Shown: positions 39,880 to 52,778 of the stretch, piece after piece
Position numbering within the stretch: the first letter of the stretch is position 1
How the letters are laid out: every line of letters begins with the position of its first letter
Assembly: GCF_001194135.2 (NCBI RefSeq)
Contig: NC_068985.1
Span: 20,038,662 to 20,102,661, forward strand
Reading direction: 5' to 3'
DNA length: 64,000 nucleotides
Source: Octopus bimaculoides
Lineage: Eukaryota
Notes under the pieces: generated by a model
The model's input: the letters and a program-made list of their open reading frames with translations, nothing else
Told to the model about the DNA's origin: nothing
The model's database searches: none
Made by a program: the position numbers and the translations under genes

Positions 39880-40264
39880 NNNNNNNNNNNNNNNNNNNNN
39901 NNNNNNNNNNNNNNNNNNNNNNNNNNNNNNNNNNNNNNNNNNNNNNNNNNNNNNNNNNNNNNNNNNNNNNNNNNNNNNNNNNNNNNNNNNNNNNNNNNNN
40001 NNNNNNNNNNNNNNNNNNNNNNNNNNNNNNNNNNNNNNNNNNNNNNNNNNNNNNNNNNNNNNNNNNNNNNNNNNNNNNNNNNNNNNNNNNNNNNNNNNNN
40101 NNNNNNNNNNNNNNNNNNNNNNNNNNNNNNNNNNNNNNNNNNNNNNNNNNNNNNNNNNNNNNNNNNNNNNNNNNNNNNNNNNNNNNNNNNNNNNNNNNNN
40201 NNNNNNNNNNNNNNNNNNNNNNNNNNNNNNNNNNNNNNNNNNNNNNNNNNNNNNNNNNNNNNNN

Positions 40265-40322
<58 letters not shown>

Positions 40323-40532
40323 TGTAAATGTGCGTGTGTGTGTTTGCTTGTTTCTATGTATGCATGTATGCATGCATGTATGCATGAATGTATGTATGCA
40401 TGTATGTATATATGTATGCATTTATGTATGCATGCATGCATATATGTATGCATACATATATGTATGCATACATATATGTATTTATGTATGTATGTAATAT
40501 ATGTGAGCAGGGATATATATATATATATATAT

Positions 40533-41040
40533 AGCCGCAGGAGTGGCTGTGTGGTAAATAGCTTGTTTACCAACCACATAGTACTTGGTTTAATCCCACT
40601 GCGTCGCACCTTGGGCAAGTGTCTTCTACTATAATCTCGGGCCGACCAAGGCCTTGTGAGTGGATTTGGTAGACGGACGCTGAAAGAAGCCCATCGCATA
40701 TATAAATATAAATAAATAAATAAATAAATAAATATATATNNNNNNNNNNNNNNNNNNNNNNNNNNNNNNNNNNNNNNNNNNNNNNNNNNNNNNNNNNNNN
40801 NNNNNNNNTATATATATATATATATGTATGCTTGTGTGTCTGTATTTGTCCCCAACAAACGCTTGACACCCGATGTTGGTGTGTTTACGTCCCCGTAACT
40901 TAGCGCTTCGGCAAAATGGACTGACAGAATAAGTACTAGGCTTACAAAGAATATTTCCTGGGGTCGAGTTGTTCAACTAAAGGCGGTGCTCCAGTATGGC
41001 TGCACTGAAATGACTGAGACGACTAAAAGAATAAAAGAAT
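40533..41040 (+). mobile_element. SINE family A spanning a gap
   Basis: Head gccgcaggagtggctgtgtggta, CORE-like segment and tail. Confidence 0.85.
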
Positions 41041-41949
41041 ATATATATATATATATTTGAGGTCCCATGAAGCAGCATTAACTGAAATACCTTTGTATCA
41101 AGTCATAATTAGCATGCTCGAGCTCATTCGTGCCGAATGCTTTCTTCAGTGTACCCACGTTAAGTAAGCGATACAGAATGCTATTTTGGACTATCATTGA
41201 ACTAATATCGCTAATAACGTATTTTAACCAGCTTGTCAGGTATGCGCGATACAAGTGATTTGTTAATCACTGTTTTTCTGCACATCAGTAGCGGCTAAAA
41301 TTGTGTAAACATACAGTTGCTAGTGGATACTTGCTGCTGATGACGCTCAAGGATTTAATGATTTTACCTCCGCTGCTAGATGCTTTTCGTCTGCTACTGG
41401 TTTAGTTCTGTGCTTGTTTGAATTATACCTTTATTCAAGATGCATTCTCGAAACAAATACCGCACTTAACTGGCTTTCAACGCTTGTCACTGATAATGAA
41501 TATATATATAATATGCATATATATATATATACTTACAAATGCATATGTATGTACATATATGTATATACACACAGATACATATGTATATCACACAAATAGA
41601 ACGAGTAAGATGAAGAGGCAAGGGGGATACAAACAAATTGTTAACCCATGAAGTCAAATAAACCAAATGCGTGGCAGAAGAAGCGTAGCTATATGAGGCA
41701 AAGCAACAACACTGGAAGACGTGTACCTTGAAAATAATACATTAATGAAAGAAACAGAAGAGAATCTAACATTTCGAATTCTATAATTTAACAAAGAAAA
41801 GGGAAATAAATAAGAGTAGCAAAAGATAAAGTAAACTATACCGAATTCACAATTTATTTACATGGCAAGCCTTGTGTGAGTACTGAATGACATTCGGAAC
41901 TCTAATTTTATCTGTGGTGTGTATTTTTCATCGAGATATTGTGTACATA

Positions 41950-42430
41950 TTTTATTTGTTTTATATTTTTCGGTTTATTATTTTCGTTTCATAAGCTTTT
42001 AAGTTTAGTATCAGTTTTATTACACGTAGAAGTTCTGCGGTTGTATTATCAAGTGGCGTTAACGTTTGTTAACACTGTTGACACTTTCGGGTGGAGAGGT
42101 CTTACGCTTTTTGACGTTAAAACCATGAGGATAACTGATATAGCCGCTGAAGATGGGATATTCACTGCTTAAGTTGGGTGTACTTTCGCTCTTTCGTTAG
42201 TGTATCCCTTCGTTGTCACTGTCCTTGTTTGGTGGATTTACTTCTTTTTCTAGTAAATGTATTTTTTTAATGCTGGATGTTAGAGTTTTGCAAAAGAACT
42301 GGTTGTGTTGGGTAGTAGTTTATACGATAGGGCAACTTACTTTGAAACTTTGTAAAGTTATAATAGTTGATGTGTGACAATGCTGTTACTGTTAAACCTT
42401 TCGCATGATTATAAGTATATCATGGTTTTC
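41950..42430 (-). mobile_element. Possible degenerate LINE 3' fragment
   Basis: Same A/C strand bias as the other LINE relics; only weak motif similarity. Confidence 0.3.
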
Positions 42431-43517
42431 TCTTAGTCTTTGTTCACCTCTATTCTCACTTGATGCATTTCTGTAACTACAAACAGGTTTTGAAATATAA
42501 ACGCCATTATTTCAAACTGAGCACAAACATTACATACTTTCAACTGAATATAATTATCTGATTTCTATCCTCAATTGAATACTACTGATACATACAAACA
42601 TGCTATGCCTATGTATATGCGTGTGTATGTATGCATGTGTGTGTGTGTGTGTGTTTATACACACACGCACACACGTACACATACACACAAACACACACAT
42701 AATAACTCTCCATATAAAGAGAGGCTGTACTAATGAAGATCTCATAACTGAAAAAGCAAGCATGGTGATGAATAGAACATTAAATTAATGTTGTCATAGT
42801 TGCCCATCGTTTATTTAAAAAAAATTTCCTAAACAAGCTAGCTTTAAAATCTCAAGAAAAAGTTACTGTTTCAGTAGCGTGGTGAATATACTCACTCGAA
42901 TGAATTGCATACACATGTATATATATATNNNNNNNNNNNNNNNNNNNNNNNNNNNNNNNNNNNNNNNNNNNNNNNNNNNNNNNNNNNNNNNNNNNNNNNN
43001 NNNNNNNNNNNNNNNNNNNNNNNNNNNNNNNNNNNNNNNNNNNNNNNNNNNNNNNNNNNNNNNNNNNNNNNNNNNNNNNNNNNNNNNNNNNNNNNNNNNN
43101 NNNNNNNNNNNNNNNNNNNNNNNNNNNNNNNNNNNNNNNNNNNNNNNNNNNNNNNNNNNNNNNNNNNNNNNNNNNNNNNNNNNNNNNNNNNNNNNNNNNN
43201 NNNNNNNNNNNNNNNNNNNNNNNNNNNNNNNNNNNNNNNNNNNNNNNNNNNNNNNNNNNNNNNNNNNNNNNNNNNNNNNNNNNNNNNNNNNNNNNNNNNN
43301 NNNNNNNNNNNNNNNNNNNNNNNNNNNNNNNNNNNNNNNNNNNNNNNNNNNNNNNNNNNNNNNNNNNNNNNNNNNNNNNNNNNNNNNNNNNNNNNNNNNN
43401 NNNNNNNNNNNNNNNNNNNNNNNNNNNNNNNNNNNNNNNNNNNNNNNNNNNNNNNNNNNNNNNNNNNNNNNNNNNNNNNNNNNNNNNNNNNNNNNNNNNN
43501 NNNNNNNNNNNNNNNNN

Positions 43518-43570
<53 letters not shown>

Positions 43571-44008
43571 TGTTTGCATGCATGTATATATGTTTGCATG
43601 CATGTATATATGCCATTCTTTCGTGTGGAAGGTACAACGCAGTTTTCTAAATTAAGTATTTTTTTAACTAATGAAAACATTTGTTCAAATTGTTAGAGCA
43701 GCTTATCGGTAGGTGGACATTTGTTTGCCTTAAAGCCGAATTTAAAATTCTTGTTCATTAGGACAAGAAAAACCACAGACTACAAAAGGACTCAATGCTA
43801 ATTTCATAGTGGGAACAATTTTTATTATGATTATGCAACAAGTATATAAATGTTGCTTTTCTCCTGGGAACTTTTGAAGGCTTTATTAGAATTACAACTA
43901 TATAGTTATATTGTATGTGAGAAGGAAAAGGAAGAGGACAGACAGAATTAAATTAAGTGATGGAATATCGTATCAGTAGACAATAGATATTCAATTAAAA
44001 AATACGCT

Positions 44009-44047
44009 CTAATAATAATAATAATAATAATAACAACAAACGCAAGC

Positions 44048-44100
<53 letters not shown>

Positions 44101-44480
44101 TAATAATAATAATAACGATGATGATGATAATGATGATGATGAAGATGATGGTTTTTATTATTTTAATTTCTATCAGCACCACCACTACCATCATCAACAT
44201 CATTATTATTATTAAGGCAGCGAGTTAGCAGAATCATTACCACGCCCGGAAAAGTGCTTAGAGCTAATTTCACCGACTTTCCGTTATGAGTGCAAATGTC
44301 ACCTCCCCGCCTAAAATTTACTGACCTTGTGCCAAAAATTGAAACCATTGTTATCATATTAAAGCGGCGAGCTGGTAGAATCGGTAACACGCCGGACAAA
44401 TTCGGACAAACACACCGGAGAAATTCCACTGAAGTCGACGTTACATTTCACCGTTGTGGTGTCACTGCAAAGGCAGGCTT
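44009..44480 (+). repeat. (AAT)/(GAT)n tract followed by two SINE B fragments
   Basis: Direct microsatellite; aaggcagcgagttagcagaatc and aaagcggcgagctggtagaatc heads. Confidence 0.8.
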
Positions 44481-44789
44481 CAAAATTATCGTCTGAAAAT
44501 ATTGACGGATATTTTTTGCCAGACAAATTCTAATAAGAGCCAAATGCACAGACTGAGCACATCGTAATGGAATGACATGATGTTGTAACGGAAGCCACTT
44601 TAACTATCAATGCAATGAAATCAGTTATGCTTGTTAGGCTCAGTTTCAAACTAGGTTACAAAATCATCAAGACCACTCGGCAATTGGAATGTTGAGAGAT
44701 CGACTGTGTCATTCTAAATGATATGAAAATTGTAGCGAGTAATAATTATTCTCCACTCTGTTATATAGAATAGAAATGTAGATAATTTA

Positions 44790-45000
44790 CCATAAAAAAA
44801 CTGCGTGTAATCACAATTAGACGCATTAAATAGATCATGGACATCACATGGAAAGCTAAGGTCAAGAACACCTTCATCCTAGTGGAAGTCAACGTCTTCA
44901 GCACGAAAGATATTTGTGGAATGAAACTTCACAGGCTTGGACATGTCTTGAGAATAGACGAAAATCAATTGCCAAATTAAATATTCATTGTCTGGACTCC
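44790..45000 (+). mobile_element. RTE-clade LINE 3' fragment
   Basis: MDITWKAKVKN (I.W.D.V.N) and LGHVLRIDENQLP (GHV.RM...RLP). Confidence 0.6.
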
Positions 45001-45019
45001 GACTAAGATATGTGTGTGC

Positions 45020-45066
<47 letters not shown>

Positions 45067-46399
45067 TGTGTATGTATATATATATCGAACTCAAGACAAA
45101 ATCAAAATCATTTTGATTTTGTCTTGACGAGTTCGATAAACGAATGTAAGCGCTAAAAAAGAATTACTCAAAATTCTGACTGCCTCCTTTTCCTCAATAT
45201 ACGATATCTGTACACCACTTCGAACACTCTATACATACATACATAATACATAATACATACATACATACATACATACATACATACATACATGCATACATAC
45301 AAACAAAAATACCCTGTTGTTGATGTTGAAATTCCAGTGAAGTAACCTTGGATCTAGGTTAGAAACCGGTTCTTTATTGGTAAGAAATCTTGAAATAAAG
45401 TGAATAATGACACACATACATACATGCATGCATACATACATGCATGCATACATACACATACACGCACGTACACACACACTCACACACATACCCATATATG
45501 TATGTATATATGTATGTGTATGTAGGCATACACACCGACATAACTATATATTGAAAACTGTGTATATACACACTCATATATATACCTATATAGCTATATG
45601 TATTATATATGTACGTGTATATTATATACATATGCAGCAGTGCCCGATCATATTTAGATTTATAGAAAGTAGCTCTCTTAGAAATAAAGTTTTCCTGTAC
45701 AATATTTCAGCTACTAACTGGCAAAACTGTGGCCTATAACTTTGCTATAACAGGTAGAACCACCATATGCAGAGATTTCGTCGTTTGTTATTGGATGCAG
45801 GATATTTAAGAGCATTCTATATAATACTGTACGCAAAACATTTTAATAATTTGAAATTTCCGTCTTAGTTGATGTAAGAAGGAAAATAACCTAGAGCCAG
45901 TTATTAGCGACTCTCAAAGAAAAGGGGAGCTAATTTAAGAAATTACGAATTAATTCCCAAGTGATTTACATGCTGAGAGAAAAAACTGTTTGTAAGAAAG
46001 TGATAAATTTGGACATCTCTTGGTATATTAGTCCTCACAGTACAGACATCAACAGCATAATACAAGTGATTAGTGAATAGATAATAGTTACGAATATTTT
46101 GGGCCACTACTAAAGGAATAATTTAACAAACATCGCATGGTGTACAGAAGACACCATTTAAATATTAAAAAGAAAATGATTGGGAAAAAGCGTGAGTGAC
46201 GAGGAGACAAAAAGAAACGATATTCTTTTTTTCTTTCTTCTTCGTTCTATCATATCCTATATACTTGTATAAATGTACATATCCTACGAAGTACTGTGCA
46301 AACTAGAACAAAATGGTCGATCTTTGTGGATTAGAAATATTGAATAACGGGTGATCAATCCACTTTCGAGTCGGTAGTAAAGAAAATTAAAATTTAATG

Positions 46400-46780
46400 T
46401 TCCTTCCTAATGTATTAGTTTCAAATTTTGGCATGGGACCAAGGAAGGTGTAAGCCGATTACACCGACCCCAGTGGTCAACTGGTACTTATTTTATCAAA
46501 CCCAAAGGACGAAAGTCGAAGTTGACCTCGGAAGAATTTGAACTCAGAACGTGAAGACGGACGAAATATCGCAAAGCATTTTGCCTGGCATGCTAACGAT
46601 TCTGCCAGCTCGCTGTCTTGCTCTTTCCTAATATACTGGTTTCAAATTTTGGCACAAGGCCAGCAATTTTGGAAGAGAAACTAAGTCGATTGCATCAAAT
46701 GGTACATATTTAATCGACCCCAAAAGGGAGTCAATTAAAGTCAATTTAACCGACCCCTGTACTCAACTGGTACTTGCAAG
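46400..46780 (-). mobile_element. Tandem SINE B dimer
   Basis: Two units joined by tctttcctaatatactggtttcaaattttggcacaagg. Confidence 0.8.
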
Positions 46781-47530
46781 AATAATTTCTAGACCCTTCA
46801 CTACCATTCACTGTTCACACATAGACAGACAACGTAGTGGCATCCATTAAATCTTGTGCGTAAAAATATGTTTCCTCAATTCTTATTACGAACAAATATG
46901 AGTTATCTTAATATTCATCATTTAACTGAGATCAATTATCATAAACTAAAGCAATATTAAAGACAATATTTAAAGACTTGTTAAGGATTTATTATATTAT
47001 CTGACTGCATATGAGAATAAATTTACACCAATCAGAATAGATTTCTGGTGACATTAATTGACATGAGATACCACTTCTCTACATCCAGGCAAAGACACAT
47101 AAAAGCAAGCCATAGTATATATATACTCTCTTTCGATTCCACTGTAACAGCTGTACAGGTATATAATATACACATTCTTTACTCGTATACATGTATACAT
47201 ACACATATATACACACCTTCCACTCACATTCTTAATGTTGTCACTCTCTTTTATTTTTTTGACTATTTGGTCAAGTAGTTCGATTTGTAACTGCATGGTT
47301 CCGGGGCCGATTTCATTGAACGACACCTTGAACAAATGTCCCTTGCCACAGTCTCCGGTCGAGTAAATTTGCCGAACGAAAGCTGTGCAGTTTTTCTTTT
47401 GAAATGTCATTTCATTTCAGCGATATTTATATTTTAATATAAATTACCAATCTAAACATGAATTTATTTTCATATTGAATTTTCTGTTAACTGCAAAAGT
47501 TTTTTCGTTAATACAAGCTTACACACACAC

Positions 47531-47602
<72 letters not shown>

Positions 47603-48789
47603 TACATACAGAGGCGAGAGGTAGTATGCTGGGTGCCATGAACAAAATGCATTGTGGTATTTGATCCAATCCGAGTTAGGTCCCTTTGGGCCCATACCGA
47701 CTTTGCCTATTCAGCTTATAAAGTCAATAAAATACAAGGTTTATATAATTAACCCATGAAGGCTGCGCTCCAGCATGACCGTAGTTCAACGATTTGACCC
47801 AATAAAAGAACACTCACACGCACACACACATGCACACACAGTCACGTACACGAAAATACACGCACATTCACGTACACGCACACACGTACACAGGTATACA
47901 CATAAAATCTTCCTTTTCTTTCATTGCTGGTTGTAATGATATCGATGACTTTAATAATTCTTCTTTCCGTTTATATCGCCTCTTCACACCTTATATCGCA
48001 TGATCTAGCTAAATTATCTCTCACTAAGGAAAACTTAGTTTGACGGCCATTGACCGAACACATCTAGGATATTTCCGTGGAAAAAAAACCTACCTACGAT
48101 TATTCAACAAGTTAATTATTGTTAGAAACATGATTTCTAAGTAATGGACGTCACTTGCAATTTGCAGACAATAAATCAGTGATCATGTTATATATTAGCA
48201 GTATTAGGAAAGAAAAAACAACAAAGAAACAACAAAAGCAAAAAAACAAACAAACTAACAAACAAACAAAAAGACAAAGACAAAATAAACAAGTTTCTTC
48301 TATACTTTTGTTTATTTCACTTCTATGACTGGATTATTCAGCGATATATTTCACCATTATGTATATTAGGTTTAGATTAAACAAATCTGTTAAGGGAAGA
48401 TATTTGATGTTTGTTTTCATTTTGGATATCAGCAATGTATTGGGAAAATATTTGTATATTAAGCAAGTCTACAAAGTCAGAATTCTACAAAACAATCTTG
48501 ACTTTAAACACACCAAAATAGTTAGGACTGTTTTTTACTGGTTTGTCCTGTGAAAACCAAAGGGGCAGAAACTATGAGCTGCGATTTCCACAGGCCTCCT
48601 GAGGCAAAAAAATATTGATGTAGTTAACTTTTCTTTTGAATAGCTGAACATTGACAACTTCAAGAAAGAACGAAGCGATAAATGTGGGGCCTGTTTTCTG
48701 GATAAAAGAGGAAAATCAGTCTTTTTGTGATGTAATCTATACTATGATGAAGATGTGCAATCATCAGAAGAAACCATCAATGATAATGA

Positions 48790-49480
48790 GATTTAGCGTT
48801 TGTAGCTGTCTCGAGGTTTCTAGTTCTAGTTGTGTTTTGTTCGTGTTTAAGTCGAGTACAATTTTATTTTCTTGATGTGTGTAGTGATTGGTGTCTTTGC
48901 CAAGTGGAAGCACATAACATTGGCATGACCTCACTGAAGAATGTTTCCGAGGTTTTCTTCATAGAGTTCGTAAATTTGTAAGATTTTTTGACTGCACGTG
49001 GATAATGTTAGAGCGCAGAAAATTAAGGATTATTATCTGCATACGAATTGTTGAAAATAGTTGCAAGCAGATTGCTGACGTCTAAGAAGAAGACTATCGG
49101 GGGACGAAATGGATCCCGGAGCATACCAGAATTCAAAAAGCATGGGTAAGAAAGAACTCTACTAATATACATTGTGATGGTGCAATCTGACTGGAATCCA
49201 AGAGCTGAGACATGGATGGACTCCATAGATCGTTTAGATAAGATATCCACAAGCAAGACTCTGTAGAATACCTTCCTGCTATTGAGTGCAACAACACGGT
49301 GTTCACTAAATGTTTTTGTGTGCAACAATCTAGGTTTCTAGTAAATCTCGAGGGTGTTTAGAGAAGAGAAAGTGGGTGTCAGTGATAATCTTCTTGTTGG
49401 AAGTGAGAGTTCGATAGTTGGGTGGGTTAGAACGTTTGTACTTGAGAATGGGACACACTGAAGTGGGATTCCAAAGATGG
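48790..49480 (-). mobile_element. Degenerate LINE RT (I/Jockey-like)
   Basis: ORF 49023-49328: RVVALNSRKVFYRV (VALD.SKAFD.V) ... SYADN (YADD). Confidence 0.65.
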
Positions 49481-50239
49481 AATATATTATATGAAAGGGG
49501 AAGATAAATAGATAGATAAATAGATAGATAGAGAATTCCTAAACTTTGTCGAGTAAAGGAACTATACCTGAAGTGTATTGTTTGATGGTTATGGGAAGGA
49601 CATATTGTTTGACATCAATATATATACAGGATCAGAGACAAATTTCAAATCTTTCAGTGAAGCATATCATATCTTCGAGTTAAATATTAAATAATGCGTT
49701 CCAGAAGATTAAGTGGCGTTTTGTACATTGCTGATTATTTAAATGAAAATTTGCTATTGTAAGACTAGAATCGCTTTGTATTTCTACGTCTCTATACAAT
49801 GGTAATTCTATCAGCTATCCGAAGGAATTTACCTTGCTGTCACGTGTTTGAGATATATTGGTGCAGTGCCACACTGGTGTGCTCGAGTCAACAATGGTAC
49901 ATCTATATGGTCACTCATTCTGCTAGAAATAGCACATATATTCTCATTTAAAATAATTACAGCCTAACTACCTTTAATTATGACAAGGTACACTAGAATG
50001 TATAGTCCCACATACCACTAAAAATACGTGATGGTCATGGCTGCAATGTCCTTGATCATAGATCTGCTCGATTCGGGTTGACGCAAGGCTTAAATAATAG
50101 CAATAACAACGACATTGGTGAACTGTGCAGTCATATCATGTTTACGATTCATTATGAGAAGCATTTGTATGATTTAAAGTAACAATATGCATCACAACAA
50201 CATGGTTAATAGAACAACAGCGGCAGCAGCAGAAATAGT

Positions 50240-50258
50240 AGCAACAACAACAACAACA

Positions 50259-50330
<72 letters not shown>
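50240..50330. repeat. (ACA)n(CTA)n compound microsatellite
   Basis: Direct. Confidence 0.95.
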
Positions 50331-50331
<1 letters not shown>

Positions 50332-50789
50332 ATGGCATTAATATTTACTGTTTAATACTGGCACCAAATATGTGCGTCATCAATCCATTCTTTGTATTTT
50401 TTTTAAAGCGACATTTAAAAGTGTAATTTTGCAGAGTGTAAATATGTTTAGAGATTCTAGACAAGGAAGCAGATAGCAACCACAACTCTCGATAAGGGGA
50501 AAATGCTACTTTACTTCTATGATGTTTCGTTTGACTTGAAGTAGTCGCGTCAGAAACAGCCAACTCCAGGCATTACGTTCGCTTAAACTTCAAAAGAACT
50601 CATTTTCTTTACGTCATCCTTTTCAATGGGATCCGTTTTTTTGTGAGTGTGTAGGTGTGAGTGAAAGATGATGCACGGTATGTATGTGTGTGAGAGAGTG
50701 TGTGCGTACATGTGTGAGTGTGTGTGCTGTGTTGACTGTGTGTTACACATAGATAATATTATAGAGGGTGTGACACATAGATAATATTC

Positions 50790-51676
50790 GTTCCAAATTT
50801 TTGCAAAATACTTGAAATTTGGGGGGCCGGGGCTTGTCCATTACATCGACTCTGGTATTCAATTAGTATTTACTTTATCGATCCTGAAAGTATAAAAGGC
50901 AAAGTTGACCTTGGTGGAATTTGAAATCGGAATGTAAAGACGAACGAAACGCCGCTAAGCATTTTACCGGGCGTGCTAACGACACTGCCAGCTCGCTACC
51001 TTAAATAATCCTCAGTACTTTAGGCACAAGGCCTGAAAATTTTGGGGAGGGGATAGTAGATTACATCGACCCTAGTGCATAACTGGTACTTATTTCATCA
51101 ACCCCGAAAGGATGAAAGGCAAAGTAGACCTCGGCGGAATTTGAACTCGGAACGTAACGGCAGACGAAATACCGCGAAGCATTTCGTCCAGCGTGCTAAC
51201 AATTCTGCCATCTCACCGCCTTCCGTAACTTGAATAATAACAATGGTTTCAAATTTTGGCAGAAGGCCAGCACTTTTGAGGAGGATTCAAGTCGATTTCC
51301 TCTACCACAGTGTTCAACTGATACTTAGTTTATCGATCCCGAAAGAATAAAAGGCAAAGCCGACCCCGGAGGCATTTGAACTTAGAACATGAAGACAGGC
51401 GAAATACCACTAAGCATTTTACCTGGCTTGCTAACAATTCTGCCAGCAAACTCTCTTGTTCTTTCCTAATATACTGGTTTCAAATTTTGGCACAAGGTCA
51501 GCAATTTTGGAAGAGGGACTAAGTCGATTGCATCAATTGGTACTTATTTAATCGACCCCGAAAGGATGAAAAGTAAAGTCGACCTCGGTGGAATTTGAAC
51601 TCAGAATGTGAAGACGGACGAAATGCCGCTAAGTATTTTGCCCGGCATGTTAACGATTCTCCCAAGTCGCCGCCTT
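50790..51676 (-). mobile_element. Four tandem head-to-tail SINE B units
   Basis: Units at about 50790-51005, 51010-51225, 51245-51430 and 51475-51676. Confidence 0.88.
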
Positions 51677-52778
51677 AAACACCCAGATAATATAGAGATA
51701 ACAGCAGGATACGCACTCCAGCCGCTGCACCGCTTACCCTGCTATCACAGACAAACTGTTTTGTGGCGATTTGGGCCCTACTATACCATACTAGTTCATT
51801 GTATCTTTGTAGAGATCATCAATCCATTAACTAGGCCCCTGTACTTGACCGTTTTTCTATCGACCTCGAAAACTGTTGTGAACAGCCTTTGTGATTTCAA
51901 ATACCTCCAGACGTATTTGAACTACTCTTAAGTTTGTATATTTTAATTCATTGTCTCAATGCACCAAATATTCTAAGAGGTCGAGAGGGCTGTAGAGATT
52001 TAGTATGCATTTGTTGAATGCGTGAGTTAAATAGAATGTAATGTTAATTTCTTAAATAAAATACATGTCTTCAAATTTATGAGATAAGACGAAGGTAGAG
52101 GTAAATAATCTTTTTGATATCAACCCATCTGAGATCATCTTTGGTTCTATGATACTAACTCCATGTTTGAAATGATCTCAAAAAATCTTCCATAAACATT
52201 TCATATTAATTTATATTCCGAACGGCAGCTAGAAAATAACAAAATTATTTTTATTAAATTCTGTATTATTTTCAAAACTAATTGAAGCAAAGGCAGTGTA
52301 TTTCAACAGAAATATGGTAATTGATAGATTTTGAAGCAAATTATGTGAATTGGTTAAAACACTGAATTGAAATTATTAAATGGCTTGACATGCGGGGAGC
52401 CCAAATTTCGCGAACTTAGCACGTAATATTAGTTTCTCATCCACTCAGTTGAAGGTTTCAGCATTTTAGTGGAAAGCTAATGCGTGGAAATGGAATATTA
52501 CGGCGTCCATGGTTTAGACAGGAAATGGATTATTACGACGTTCATATACCTTGAATGGGATATTATAATGTCCATACTTTTACGTGGGATTTTATGATGA
52601 CTGTGCTTTGCCTTAGCGATAAATATATTTAGCCGGAATTTGAAATATGGATAATATCCTATTATCCAATGTGTCCACTTTAATTGTTGGATTGTTGATT
52701 AAAATCTTAAAATTTTCTCTGCGGTTGATTATTTTCAGAAATATTCATTATATGAAAAACATTACTACCATAATTTTG

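Noticed and set aside
50790-51676. Repeat-spacer-like periodicity reminiscent of CRISPR
   Set aside because: The units are ~215-bp SINEs in a eukaryotic context, with no short repeats and no cas genes.
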